Part shown: positions 49,201 to 62,049 of the stretch, one piece after another
Layout of the letters: every line of letters starts with the position of its first letter
How positions within the stretch are numbered: the stretch's first letter is position 1
From: Protoeuglena noctilucae
Taxonomy: Eukaryota
Direction: 5' to 3'
DNA: 64,000 nucleotides
Assembly (NCBI GenBank): GCA_958009085.1
Contig: OY253668.1
Span: 1,488,001-1,552,000, forward strand
The notes under the pieces: model-generated
What the model was told of the DNA's origin: nothing
The model's database searches: none
The model's input: the letters and a program-made list of their open reading frames with translations, nothing else
Made by a program: the position numbers and the translations under genes

Positions 49201-52200
49201 ATGGAAAGGGAGCAGGAGGGGGCGCTGGCCCCGCCAGGCACCACTCCCCACACGGCGGTAATGGCCCTGAGCGTCCGGTGCGTGGAGCGCCTGCAGCAGC
49301 GTGCACTCGCACCGCAAGCACGCAAAGTGCATCTTGCCGTGCTCCCATGATGGACCTGGATCGGCAAGGTTGCGAGGGATCGCCAGGTGCGCGCGCCGGG
49401 CAGGAGTGGAGCACTCCGCCCTCGCAGGCAACCGTGGGCGTCGTTGATTGTCCACGGCATCCGCACGTTGGAGACGCGGGGCTTCGTGCCGTCCTACCGA
49501 GGTTATATCTGGATTCATGCCACGTCCGCTGAGCCCGAAGTCGACGTGAGATGACTGGAGCCCATGCCTTGTGCTGCCATGTTGCGCTACGCTGGTGTCG
49601 GCGAGGCAGGGTCCTCCCTCGCGCTTACTTGCAGATGATCATCGACGTGCAAGATTTTTATAAGCGTTTGCACGAATCTGAGGGGAGAAATATCAGGCTC
49701 CCTCGCTCCTATCCAACCGGGTGTCTCGGTGGGTGTCACGGCGTGGCAGGCTGGCGACCATGCGGAGTCGTGGAGCGCCCGTGCAAGCTCGCGCCCTCCC
49801 CGCCCGCAGTGGGATGCGTGCGACTGGTGGCCGTGCTCGACCGGCAGAGCTTCGACAACTGGCCCAACCTGCCCCGATCCATCACGTCCGACGCCGGCAA
49901 TTCCAACCTCAACGTCTGGCTCCTCCAGGATCCTTACTTCTTCCCGGGTCGCGACTTCCGCATCCGCATCCACGCGGCTCGCAAGCGCCTCTTCGCCATC
50001 GACCCCGTGGCAGCGGCCGCTGCAGCCGCGCGACTCCGGCCCCCGAACGACAAGTGGGTGCGTGGGACGCCCCTGGTGCAATTCACCAGCATCCCAAACA
50101 TGCCCAGGTGCGACGCAACGCGACGGTGGGCGCCCATGGCTCTTCGCCCTGGCAAGAACCGAAGCTGTAGAGGAACGCGTTTTGGCGTCGCCGGGGAGGT
50201 GCTGGTCGGATGGGCTGATACCGTGGCGGCGGTCGCAGGCAGGCGCGTGCGGATGGCGAGCCGGACGACGAGGACCACAGCCACGATGGGGAGATCAAGG
50301 ACCCGTTGCGCAGGGCTCGCTTCATCGTATCGCAAGACGTCACGGTCCTCACCTCCCTCGCCCACGGCGACTCCCTCCCGGAGGGTGCAGGTGCGGCCGC
50401 CGCCGAGCGCACGGCGTGGATGTGGTCAGCGGAACCCATCTGCCACACGCTCTCCGGTAACGTTGATTGAGGGGCTGCGTCGACCACAGAGCGCCAGGCA
50501 AGCCTCCCGGTGGCCGTACCGCAGAGCCCATGCCGTCCCGCCCTTCGTTCGTGTTCAACCTCGGACACGCGGGCCCGCGCGTGCCGGACGGCATCACCAA
50601 GCGCGCCGTCGCGGATCTCAAGCCGCTCCTGCACAAGTTCCCATCCCTGGGGTCCAACCTCGAGGTGAGGCCGTGGGCGCAGGGCCAGCTCTCCCGGCGT
50701 CAACTGTGCCCAAGACACCCAACGCACCTGGCAAATGTGAATGGTCTCCTCGGTGCGAGTAACGTTCTCCGGCGCAACATCGTGGTCCTCGCACAGCACG
50801 CTCACATGTTTAGAACCCCCCCTGCTCTTGCTTGCCAGGAGTTCACGCACAAGGTCGGGATCGCTGGCGACAGGGATGACCAGCAGCGGCGCGGATGGGT
50901 GCAGGAGGTGGCGCGAATGACGCCGGTGAGAGCGCAGGATGAGGCCTTGTCGTGGCGGGGGCGGCGTCCCGAGACACAGCCCCCCTGGCATGGGCGCAGC
51001 TCCACCTGTTGCGGTCGTGTAAAACTCGCAGGAGGAGCGCCGGGACCGCTTGCTGCAGCTGCAGCGGCTGGCGGCGGCGGAGCGTGACCCGCGCGTCAAG
51101 GAGGTGCTCCTGGTCCAGGCCCGGCAGGTCAAGATGGTCATCCAGATGCAAAACGAGGGCGGGGTGCGCCTGGTGAGCCGCGCCCGGAGGGCCCCAGGCT
51201 GAGAAGCTTCCCTCGCTCTGCAAACGCACGAGACTTTGCCGTGACCGTGCGACCGCAGACGGAGGACGTCATTTCCAAAATCATGGCGGGCGTCGGTCGC
51301 ATGGACGACCAGCCGGTGCCGGGCACCCCTCTAGGCAGCGTGGTGAGCGCATGGATGGCGCAGCGGTGGCCCAGATGCCCGTGCGCCAACATGGCTCTCC
51401 TGGCTGCATTTATCAGCTGAGCGTGACAGTGACGCGCATGACTCTCTGCAGTTCTCCTCGACGTCGGAGATGCACCGCGGAGAGGGAGTGCTGGGGAGCC
51501 GCGTCTCGCACCTCCGCGTGGCCAACGTGGTGGCATCGCAGCGGCGCATGGGCCCGCCGCCGGACGAGCCACACGCCTCCGCCCCGCACTCCGCATCTAA
51601 GACGAGATGGGACGCGATGGTCCAGGCGAGTCGCTTGCCTCACGTCGACGCACAGGGACGAGGGTCATGACACACACGCATCCCCATGCTCATCATGTCG
51701 CCCCCTCTTCACGAGTGCGAGTTGTCAGCAGGTGGACCTCGCCCGCTCATCGTCCGCAGGAGGTGAAGCAGCGAGAAGAGCTGCGCGCATCGAGCACCCT
51801 CCTCTCCTCCCCCGCCGTCGACTCAGGGCAGGCCCCCAAGCACTCCATCCGGGCCATCATACGCAGTGAGACTTGCCCCGCCTCGGCCAGAGCTACGCTA
51901 TCATCCAGCGTCTTGCAAACTGATGCTAAATCTTGTTACGCGGACCACGAACCCGACCACTTCCCGCCGCAGGCGTGAGCGCCGTGATGTCTGAAACACG
52001 GTCGGCGACCTCGGAGCCCGCCACCGCCCTGGCCACGGCGCCCGACGCGGGCTTGCCGTCCGTCCGCTCCTCCACGCGCCTCGACACCTTGACGTCCGCC
52101 CAGGCAGGGCATAAGCTACAGGACCTGTGCCCGCCACCGGAGACGATCCGAGTGAGCGCGGCGGTCAAGCTGCCCGAGATCGGGAGGCAGAACCTGACCG

Positions 52201-53122
52201 GGGCCAGCTCGTCCTTGTTCGACGCGCGGGACGAGACCCCGCTGGGGGCGCGGAGCGCGGGGTCGGCCAGCCCTGAGCCCGGGGCTGGGGTGTGGCCCTG
52301 GGGTGGCGATGGGGACTTTGGGCATGCCTGGCAGGAATCGGGGCCGTTGCTGCCGGGGCTGTATGAGGTGCGAGGCGCCGCGCGTGGCATGCGGGATGCG
52401 TGCCTGGGCGAGGTTTGCAGGGGCGACGCTCTCGCCGCATGCTGCGCCTGCAGCAGTTTGCAATTGGGCAGGCTTCAGTTGATGAGACAGCTTCCACGCC
52501 GCCAGCGGCTTGCTTGTGCACCAACCATCATGCTTTGACAGTCCCTGACGTTGTCCCTAACCTCTATGGCCCTGACCGTGACCACCCTGGCCTCCCCACC
52601 CCGCAGCGTCGGCTTCGGGAGGTCTTCCATGCGCACCGGCACCACAGCATGCCTGAGGAGGTGCAGGACGTGCTGCTGAGTGAACCGAGGGAGGAGGCCG
52701 AGGAGAGAGAGACCTCCGCGATGCGGTCGTCCCGGCGAGGGGCCGCCAGCGCCAGGAGCTGGCACTCGCTGTCTGGCGTCAGGAGGGCCGCCGGCGACCG
52801 CTCCCCGCGCGCCGAGGCCGAGCAATTCTTGGCCGAGGGTCCCTGGGGCCCCCGAGCGCTGCGGTGAGGGAGCGCTGCCCGTAGCTCTGCAAGGCGCGCA
52901 TCATGGCGGGCGACCGATGACGAGCAGTTGCCACGCGGTGTCCCTTCATTGTTTCCGAGCCCGGTGCTGCACCCCAGGTCCCCCCGCATGCGGCAGTTCG
53001 CGGATCGGCTGGTGGAGGCTTTCAAGGCTGCCTCTCCCGAGAGGAGACGCCCGGGGAGGTCAGCCAAGGATGCGAGACTGGGTGAGGAAGTCGAGCCTGG
53101 GTTGCGTTTGTCGTCATCATGA
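49201..53122 (+). CDS. ASCH (PUA-like) domain protein with long low-complexity C-terminal region
   Basis: MALSVR|QPWASLIVHGIRTLETRGFVPSYRGYIWIHAT..YPTGCL|VGCV. Downstream exons can be joined in frame to TGA 53122, but may be a second gene. Confidence 0.7.
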
Positions 53123-53514
53123 AGAGACAGGGGTCTCGACACTGTTGGTAAGGCAAGCACTGCTACCCACGTCGCGCTCCGGACGATCGCGCCCGCAGTG
53201 TATGGCGAGGGGTGGCAGGGCCGCAACCTGACAGCAGACGGGCCGTCGACGGGGCGGGCGCCCAAACTCCGCAATCTGTGACGCACTTGACTCAGACTCA
53301 CCGCCGCGAGCGCCTTTTCGTAGCACAGCCTGCAAGCTCCCTAGCCCTGCCTTGCGTCGGACAGTAGCATTCCGACGCCCTGTGCGGCACCACCAGTGCG
53401 CACGCAGTCCATCCACCTAGCCGCACTCAGACGATTGCTGGCTTCAAATCACATAACACGCAGCCGTCGCTGCCTGCGGGGTCCTCGCCGCAATCGCACC
53501 TGCCGGCGCCCCAG

Positions 53515-55464
53515 CTAGCAAGCCGCCTCTGCCACACGTGACGAGTGCGCGTCCAGCATCGCCTCCATCAGCGCCTCGTCCGTGTCGTCCAGCACCTGCG
53601 GCAGAGCTACCGCGCCGCCGTCGCAGTCCGCCGCCTCCAACTCGCTATCGCCCGCCGCGGTGCGCCCCGTCGAGCCCAGCCGGGCCAGTCGTTCGTCCGT
53701 GGGCCAGTCGGCCTGCTCGGCCTCGACCTCATTGCTGGCGATTCCGGACGCCCACCGCCGGCTGAAGGGAGCCCGGGGAAGGGGCGCCGGGGCGCCAGGC
53801 GCGGCCGGGTCGTGGGCGCGGTTGGACAAGGAGCGCAGCGGCATGGGCGGCAGGCGAGCGCCCCCTGCAGGTGCGGCCGGCCTCGCCCTGGGCCGGTCCT
53901 CGGGGAGCGCCGACCGCGGTGCGGGCGCGGCGTCCGCGGGGACGACCGTCGGCAGTCGCAGCTGCGCGTCGACCTCTCGCATACGCTTGAGCACTGCGCG
54001 GCGCAGGGCCGGGTTGAGGTCCCGCGTAAGCCCCGCCACGTCGCCGAAAGCCACGTTCGCGACACGGGCGTCCCGGTACAGCAGCACCGCCAGCCGGCCC
54101 CCTGCGCGCCGCAACTTGTCGTCCTGGTGCACCAGGCCGTCCCGAGCGATGGCCAGCGCGCCGTCGCGCACGGCGTCTGCAAGGGGCCCTTGCTCGTCGG
54201 AAGAATGCTGCCGCACGAGCGCCGCGATGGCCTCCAGTCGCCCGGTCTGCGCATCGGGGCCGAGGCGAGGTCAGCTCAGGTACACCGCTGCTCGAAAGTC
54301 GCAGTGGCAGGCGTGGCATTCGGCCGGGGCTCTCACCAGTTGCGCCGCGGAGAGTTTGCCTTTGCCTTTGTGGTCGAGGAGCTGCTGCAGGACGTAGTCG
54401 CAGCCGAGGCCGCGGCCGAGCGCGCAGAGGGCGGCAATGGTGTCGCCCCTGACACGCGCGCTGATGTTGCCAGCACGCGCGACCAGCGCGGGCGTGATGC
54501 GCCGGAGGTCGTCGCGCGCCGTGTCTTCTCCGACGATGCGGCAGCAGCGGCCCACGGCCGTTTGCAGCGCGGAAAGCGAGGCGAGGAACACCGGCGTCAG
54601 CTTGTCCCGGACCATCTCGTCCAAAACGACGACCGCCGACGCCCACTGCGCCCCGAGGTCCTCCTCTGGGCACGACTTCATCTCCTGCTCGAGCTTCTCG
54701 AGGGCAGACACTCGCGCAACCCAGTCGTCTTGGGGCGCAGGGGCGTCATCGGGGGAGTTGCTGTGGGGGGCAAGGAGGCAGGTGCTGCTGTCGGCGCGGC
54801 ACACGATTCGGACCGTTTCAGGCCTGATGAAATGCTTGTCAACTAACCTGGTCCTTTTCACCGCCCATCGCTCCTCTGGCGCCCCTTCCGCGAGGGTCAG
54901 CACCTCGTCCCGGCTAGGGGGTGTCGCGCCGCCCTCCCTCGCGAGCGGAGGCGATGCAGCCGGCTGGACCGCTGATGTGGGTCTCGGAGCCTCGGTTCGG
55001 GAAGAGGGACGCTTCGCCGCCGCGCTGGAGGCCGGTCGCGCGACAGCCTGCGGGCCCACATGTGACGCACAACTTTACGACCAGCGCGGGGTCGTGGACA
55101 GCCGATGATACGTCGTGCAGCCTCATATACAGCAATTTTACAGGCCGCGCTTAAGAAGAGAACGTTTGCGAGCACGCGACGGTGGGCTAAAGATGGGCGC
55201 TGACAATGAGAAAATGTCAATGACAATTGAGGCTCCTCCGTCCCCCACCTGCGCAGTCTTCGCACTCTGCTGCCCGTCCGCAAGAGCCTCCGTGTTGCAC
55301 GAGGTCACGAAGCCGGCGACGCTCCCTCCAGGAGTCGGGGAGCGATTGGTAACCTCGCTCCCCGACTCTTTCGCAAGCTTGCCCGCGGATGGCGACCGCG
55401 CTACCGGCTGAGCGTCATCGTCGCCGGCGTGCACGACGACCTTTGCGCTAGCACAGTTTCCCAT
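53515..55464 (-). CDS. TOG/HEAT-domain protein (CEP104/CLASP-like) with N-terminal MGNC acylation motif
   Basis: MGNCASAK start; DDWVARVSALEKL..VRDKLTPVFLASL..PALVARAGNISARVR..GLVHQDDKLRRAG. Confidence 0.7.
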
Positions 55465-55718
55465 CTCCCTCGGTCCCCTTTCCACACGGCACACTGCAAT
55501 GAGCAACACAAATATATCAGAGCGCGAGCGGGATGGACGAGATGGACCGCATGCTAAGGAGATGGACGCCGAAGTGTTAACGCATGCGATGCTGGTCGAG
55601 CTCAGCGGAGCCCTAGCCCTATGCCAGATCACATGCTTCAAGGGTGAGGTAGAAATGGCGACCCGTGAAAAGCAAAGCACGCGCGACGCATCGCCCGTAG
55701 CGCACGTCGTTCCATGGC

Positions 55719-58700
55719 CTATGCGTCTTCGGCGCCCTTGGTCCCCGCGGCGCCCTTCTTGGCCACCGCCTCCGCGGCCTTGCCGGCAACGTCGACCACC
55801 TTGCCCGTCGCGCCCGCCACCTTGCCGGTGGCGTCCGACATCGCCGTCGCCACGCCCCGCGCCGTCCTCCACGCCTTCACGACGTCGTCGATGAACTCCT
55901 GCGAGTTGTTGTACTCGGAGAGCCGCTTGACGATCGAGAGCTGGATCCCCAGGACCCCGACGAACTGCAGCGTCGACTTCCAGTCGTACAGAAGCAGCGC
56001 CGAGGCACCCAGGCCCCCGACGATGCCCGCCACGCGCCAGGGGTCGCTCAGCAGCACCCGCGCCTCCTCCGCCACGTACTCGACTGCGGGGCGCCGAGGA
56101 CGGGCACGCAACGCTGAGAGGGCCACGCGAAAGCACCCCGACCCCCCTGTTCTTACCATTCCATGGCTTTGCTTTTACACTACCCGTGACCTGGCGAGGC
56201 CACCCCGCCCCAGTCATGAAAGCATCGTGGCCGGCTGCTGCACGGCCAGGCACCCACCGTCGTCTGCGATGACTCGGATGGTCCCTCCCTCGTACGCCGT
56301 GGTGCCGTCCAGAACCTCGAGCTTGTCTCCCTTCCAACCCCGGAACCCCCCGTCCAGCACGTACGGCTGGCGCACCCCCATGCGACGCAGCGTCCGGGCC
56401 AGGGCAATCATGTTGGACTCGGAAGGGCCCATCACGACGATCGACATGTCCTCGCTGCGAGGAGAGAGCGGCGCCCCGAGCGGCGCGTCGCTGCGAGCCC
56501 AGCAACGAGGCTGCAGCGGCCCCCGAAGGCCCTCTCGCTCGCGTAGCTGACCGCGCTGCTCGGCTCACCTGAGCCCCTTGAGGCCGAGGATGCGCACAGC
56601 GTGGATGTCGAGCTCGAGCTGCCCCGGCGTCCGCACCAGCCTCGCGAGCTCTGACTCCAGAGGCTCCCCAGGAACCGCCACCGCCATCTGCCGCGCACGC
56701 CGCCTCAGCTTGGGGATGCCCTCCCTGCGATCCAAGGGGGCGCGTGAGTAATAAAAGCACCGCATGTCGAAGAAAACCCGGATAGCGAAGGCAAACGCCG
56801 CAGGTCCGTCACATAGCCATGCGCCCCGCACCTGGCCCGCACTCGCTCATCCCGCGTGTCGATGAGGACAGCCCGGCCCTTGCTCATCAGCTGCAGGCAC
56901 TTGGTGGCCCCCATCTTCCCCGAGTAGCCCCCGAACTCCTTGTCGTACCACAGGTAGATGGGCAGGCCCACGGCTGTGCCGACCAGGATGAAGTCGCCGT
57001 ATGGCAGCGCACGGACGAGCTCGACCGAGGCGCCGATCAGGGACGTCACAAACTTGGCCACACCCTGGAGCGGGGGCGACACGAATGACGTGGGATAGGC
57101 GACGCACTGCCCCATGCTGCGGCAACAGAGCAAGCGCAGCCACTGCTGCCACCGCTGCCACCCGTCGTCGACTCGCCTGCGTCGGCTGCGGCAGCGTGTC
57201 CACCCCCTGGGCAATCGCCACCTCGGCTTTGGTGATGACCAGCGCCAGCTTGGCCTGGGTCTCTCCCAGGGCCCCCGCCACCGCGTCCTCAATCGCCTTC
57301 TCAATCGCAGAGATCTGGTCTGCCACCTTCCCGACCACTCCGCCCGTCATCGAGTCCACTTGGCTCGCGACCCCCCCGAACCCCTCCTCAATGTCCTCCC
57401 GCACAATGTCGATGTCCTCCTTGACCACCCCCAGCACCCCTGCGTGCGCGTGAGCAGGTGCAGGTCAGCGCTCGGTGGGCTACGTGCCTTTGCGTGGCGC
57501 TTCTCGCTCAGCGGAGGCTGCCAGCTCTGCTTTAGAGCCTGAAGCAGCGCGGACGTCTGGGCCCAGGCGCGTGTCCTGCCAGGTGCGCACCTGAGAATGC
57601 CTCCTGGACCGAGCTGGTCACGCCCGACACGGCACCCGACAGGGACTCCTCGACGCCGTTGATGGCCTTGGCGATGCCGCTGCTCTCGGCAGGGGCATCC
57701 GCGTTCGGAAGCGCGTCTGCTATGGACGCAGGCGGCACCGACTCCGGCGCAGGCACGGCAGGCTCGGGCGTGGCCGGCGCAGAGGCTGCGGAAGTCTGCG
57801 GGCATGTAACACACCACTGAGCTGGTCAGTCACACCCGCAGTCCCTTGCAGGCAGCCAGGCAGTGGAGCTTAGACGAGCATCGCCACGCGGCGTCACCTC
57901 CGGGGCCGACGCGGCTGCTGGCTCGGCCGGCGCAGACGAGGCCTCCGCCGCCGGTGGTTCGGGTGCGGCGGCCGGCGCATCCTTGACAGGCGCCTCCGCC
58001 TTCACGGCAGGCTCTGCCTCCTTCACTGGTGCTGGTGCCTCCTTGGCGGTCGTCGCTGCCTCCTTCGCAGGCGCCTCCACCTCGGCTGCCTTCGTGGTCA
58101 CCTCCGCAGCGGCGGACGACGCACTCGGCGCCGACTCCTCCGCCGCCTGGGGCGCGGGCGCAGGGGCCGGGGCGGCAGGGGCGTCATCCTTGGGTGCCTC
58201 CGAAGCGCCGCCGAACTTGGGCAGATCCAGCTTGGGCATGTCGAGGCTCGGCATGCTGAACTTGGGCATGTCAAGCTTGGGCATGTCCACGTCGGGCATG
58301 CTGAACTTGGGCATCCCCAGCTTGGAGACGTCCACCTCCGGGAGGTCGAGCTTGGGGGCCTCCAGGTCAGGGAGCGCCGCCGAGGTCGCCTCTCCCTCCG
58401 CCGCCCCGCCCTGCGGCAAGCTCCCTTCGGGCGCGCTGACCTCGGGCAGGTCGAGCTTGGGCATGTCGAGCTTGGGCATGTCGAGCTTCGGCATCCCGAA
58501 CTTGGGCATGTCGAACTTGGGCATGTCCTCGAATTTCGGCATGTCGAACTTGGGCAGGTCCACGTCCGGCAGCTCCAGCTTGGGCGCGTCGGCCTTGGGC
58601 AAGTCCACGGCAGGCACGTCCGGCTTGGGCGCCTCGACCGGCTGCGGCACCTCCACGGGCCTCTCGGGAGCCGCGGGGGGCGCCTTCGCCGACGGAGCTT

Positions 58701-59458
58701 CGGCTGGGAGTTCCAGGTCTACCTTGGGGAGCTCCAGCTTGAGCCCGCCCGCCTGCTCCGAGGACGCAGGAGGTGCCGCCTCCTGCGTCTCACGGAACTT
58801 GTCCAAAAGCGACGGTGCTGAGGCCTCCTCGGTCGCTCCGGATGCGTTCTCGTTCTTGCTCATGAAACTGCAGGACGAGGGGACGGAGAGCGGTCGCTGC
58901 GACGCGGCGGGGAAGACGCGGGGGCGCAGCAGCACCTGCATCCGCCCGCACACCGGTCCAGAAGGGACGGGCCGGGGGCCTCCTTTGGCGCGAGCTTCCC
59001 CGAAGTCTTCGTGGCCCTTTCGTACAGCGAGAGGGCGTCCGATGATAGCCTCGGCAGCGACTCGGTGTCGGTCGCGTGGGCAACCGTCCGTGAGCGCACA
59101 TGCTGCGGGGGGAGGGCCATCTCCGTCGTTGGCGCCGCGCGCGGGGCCCCGCAGCAAGAAAGGGCTGTCATCGTCGACCGCATCCCTGCCTCACCTTGGC
59201 AGCGCGAGACGACGTGCCCGCGGACGGCAGGGGCCGCCTCGCGGTTTCCTCCGACGTGAGACTGTGGAACCTGCAGGACACGGAGCAGCGGGCGGCATGG
59301 GCGGCGCGGACAGACGCACGAAACCAAGGAGCACCGAACGCAGCGGGCGCAAAGCGCAGAAGTCCCGGATCCGAGCCGCGGAAGTCTGGCCTTGTGGCGT
59401 GCCCGCAGACACCCCTTCGCGGCGCCGCTCGCCTCCCAGACGCTGCCCGGGACAGCAT
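55719..59458 (-). CDS. Thylakoid rhodanese-like protein of the CAS (calcium sensor)-like group with repetitive N-terminal region
   Basis: TM then GGYSG..AVLIDTR..EGIPKLRR..IALARTLRRMGVRQPYVLDGGFRGW; C-terminal TLQFVGVLG..KRLSEY; start tentative. Confidence 0.8.
58213..58630 (-). repeat. Coding 15-bp repeat (CTTGGGCATGTCGAG on +) encoding P-K-[LF]-[DSG]-[ML]
   Basis: LPKFDMPKFEDMPKFDMPKFGMPKLDMPKLDMPKLDLP..MPKFSMPDVDMPKLDMPKFSMPSLDMPKLDLPKF. Confidence 0.9.
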
Positions 59459-59861
59459 GCCGGCGTGAATACTAGGACCCATTGTTGCCGCTAGGTCAGA
59501 CGCGGCTCAGACGTCGTGGGGGTCCCAGAACGGCGGGGATATGGACGTGTGCCGGGGCGATCCTCCCGACACCGGCGAATCGGGACGCCACTGGCGGGTC
59601 AGCGCAGAGACTTTATTTCGCTGGACAAGCCGAGCCTCGCTAAAGTGCCATCGGGGCCCACGATGCGACGCAATCGGCGCTGCCCGAGTCGTGGTTTCTG
59701 ACTGGCCTGCCCATGGGGTTCGCGTTGTCCGGTGCAGCTCAGTCGGTCGGGGAGACTTGCAGGCAGCAGCGGCTTCCTACCCACGCCGACCCTCAGGTGT
59801 GCGCACGCCCTCGACAGCATTGCCAAGCCCTGGCGGACAGGGAGGGACTGGCAGGGGTGGC

Positions 59862-61018
59862 ATGGCTGAGACCGTAAGGCCAAGCAAGCCACTGGACGTG
59901 TCTGGGGCGTCACGGGATGCGTGGTTGATCAAGGTGGGGCACGCGAAGCACAACCAAAGCAAGCGGCGCATTTGTGCGGATGTCGCGACCGATTCGCCGG
60001 TGGTTCCGCCACGCAGGTCCCTCATCAGTTGGGGAAGAAGCTCCAGGCCGTCTGCGAGCGGTCAGCGCAGGGTCACCGCGCACAGGTGGGGCGAACAACC
60101 GGGCTGCCTTGTGATGCGTCTCGCCACGCTTTCCTGGACGTGTCGCAGCAAAACTGGGCCTCTCTCGTGTGCAGGGTGACCTTATAGGTGCCGTCATTGT
60201 CCAAGAGGGCCAGAACAAAGGCCCGGCTCGTGCCGTACTTCGGTTTTCAGGGCTGGACGGGGTTTCCGAGGAATGGGAGGTGGGTGGGCGCCAGGTCTTC
60301 CTCGCTTACCGCCTCACTCTTCCATCCACGTCGCTGCACGCGCGATCAGCCAGGGCCCAGGGAAGCTCTGGCTGACTGGGTCCCCACCCGCTCCGTGGGC
60401 TCTGGGCCACCTGTGCATGCCACCGCGTCCACGCAGACGGTGCCTGATGCCGGGGGCCCCTCGCTGTACGTGATGACGGAGACCGACAAGGGGCTGGGGG
60501 TGTCGGGGCGGGTGGCGCAGAAGGTCATGCTGCGTCCCCGGAAGCGTGCAGCGGATGCCGCGAGCGAGAGCGCGGCCAGGCCCGTAGCGCAGCGACCGAA
60601 GACGGAAGCGGCGGCGCCGATGCTGCACATGGGCTCCCTGGACGAGGGGCCGACGGTCACCAACACGCACATCTTTGCCCAGCGTGGCTGGTACGAGAGG
60701 CACAAGCAGGCGATGGCCGAGGCGATGGAGGAGAAGGAGCAGGCGCAGAAGCTGGATCGGCCGGCCCTGGAGCGCGCCGTGTTCGCGGCATTCACGCGGC
60801 AGCGCTTTTGGAAGATGGTCCAGCTCTCGTCGTACCTCAAGCAGCCCGTGAACGAGGTGCGCGATCGCCGGCTGTCGCGGATGCGGTGTCGCGCCTGGGT
60901 GCGGCTCTCCCATCGCCCGTCTCCGCGCCCGCAGGTCCTTCGAGAGGTGGCGGTCAGGCACACGGTGGGGCCGCACGCGGGGGAGTGGGAGCTGAAACCG
61001 GAGTTCCGCGCTCGATGA
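59862..61018 (+). CDS. GTF2F2: General transcription factor IIF subunit beta (RAP30)
   Basis: LDVSGASRDAWLIK|VP N-terminus; C-terminal winged helix LDRPALERAVFAAF..W..KQP..LREVA..GPHAGEWELKPEF. Confidence 0.88.
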
Positions 61019-62049
61019 CCGCGCTGCCGTCGCTGGGGCTAACGAGGGTCGACGCGGCTCGGATCGGGCAAGGCAAGCCAGAAACCCTAGCAACCCCGCG
61101 CCTCCGCCCAAAGCGCGGGCCACGGGCGCGCCGCAACCTCCCCTCTTCGCCGAATTTTGAAAAAGGAGGCGTTGGCTGTCGGGCGAGGCGGGGAGGCTGG
61201 GGATCGGGGTCGCGGGAGAGGGCATCGTCGGCTAGCGAAGCCCAGCGGGTGAGGAGAGGACGGCGATGAGTTGTGTATGCGCAATTAGACTCGCTGAGGA
61301 GGCCTTGGCTCCCCGAAGTGACGCTTGGCGCCATCTCGCGGGGCCGCCTTCGAGGCGAGGTTAGGGCGCCGAGCTCGGCGCCCAGGGGGCCGATGGTCCA
61401 ATACAGCCATGTGGTGTTCCCTTTTTCTCAAAGGATGCTCACCGTGTGTCCGGGAACCCCGTCTGCGGTCCGGATGCTCGGGGCTTGTCTGTGACCCCAG
61501 GAGGGCCAGACTCGCCGCGCTGCACCCTGACGTGCGAGCCACCGTGCGCATGTTTAGAGCTGGACCAGAGATGCTGACACGCGATTGCCCCAACATGCCC
61601 CGCGGAGGATCGTGGAGGCCCTGCGCAACCCCGTTCCAGAAGCGGCGGGGTGCCCGCCGTTTCGTTCCTGGCGTCCTTCCGCGTCGTTTCCGCATCCCAA
61701 GCTATCCGTCATGTGCTCCGGCGCAGCTGGAGGGCTTCCACGCGACCCCCCACAGCGGCGCGGCCGGCGCTGCGACGCTTTTTCAAACGCATCCTCGTCC
61801 GCGCGCCCCGCCTCCGTCGACTCAGTGCCTCCGCCTATCCTCGCAGACCGGGGGCCATATCGTGGCGGAGGCGGGGTCCCAGCGCAGCAGCCCTCCAACC
61901 GTGCCATCCACGTGGCCTGGCATGTCGGGGGTGGATGTGTTAGGCTCCGCAGCGACACCCGCTGGCAGGAGCGAGCCGTGCGCGGAGGGAGCTGAGCGGC
62001 CCGGGAAGGCAGACAGGCCAGCGCCGGCCGGTGGATCCGCGCAGGTGCA

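Noticed and set aside
57863..59494. 543-aa plus-strand ORF with LGMSS repeats
   Set aside because: Reverse complement of the PKLDM-coding exon.
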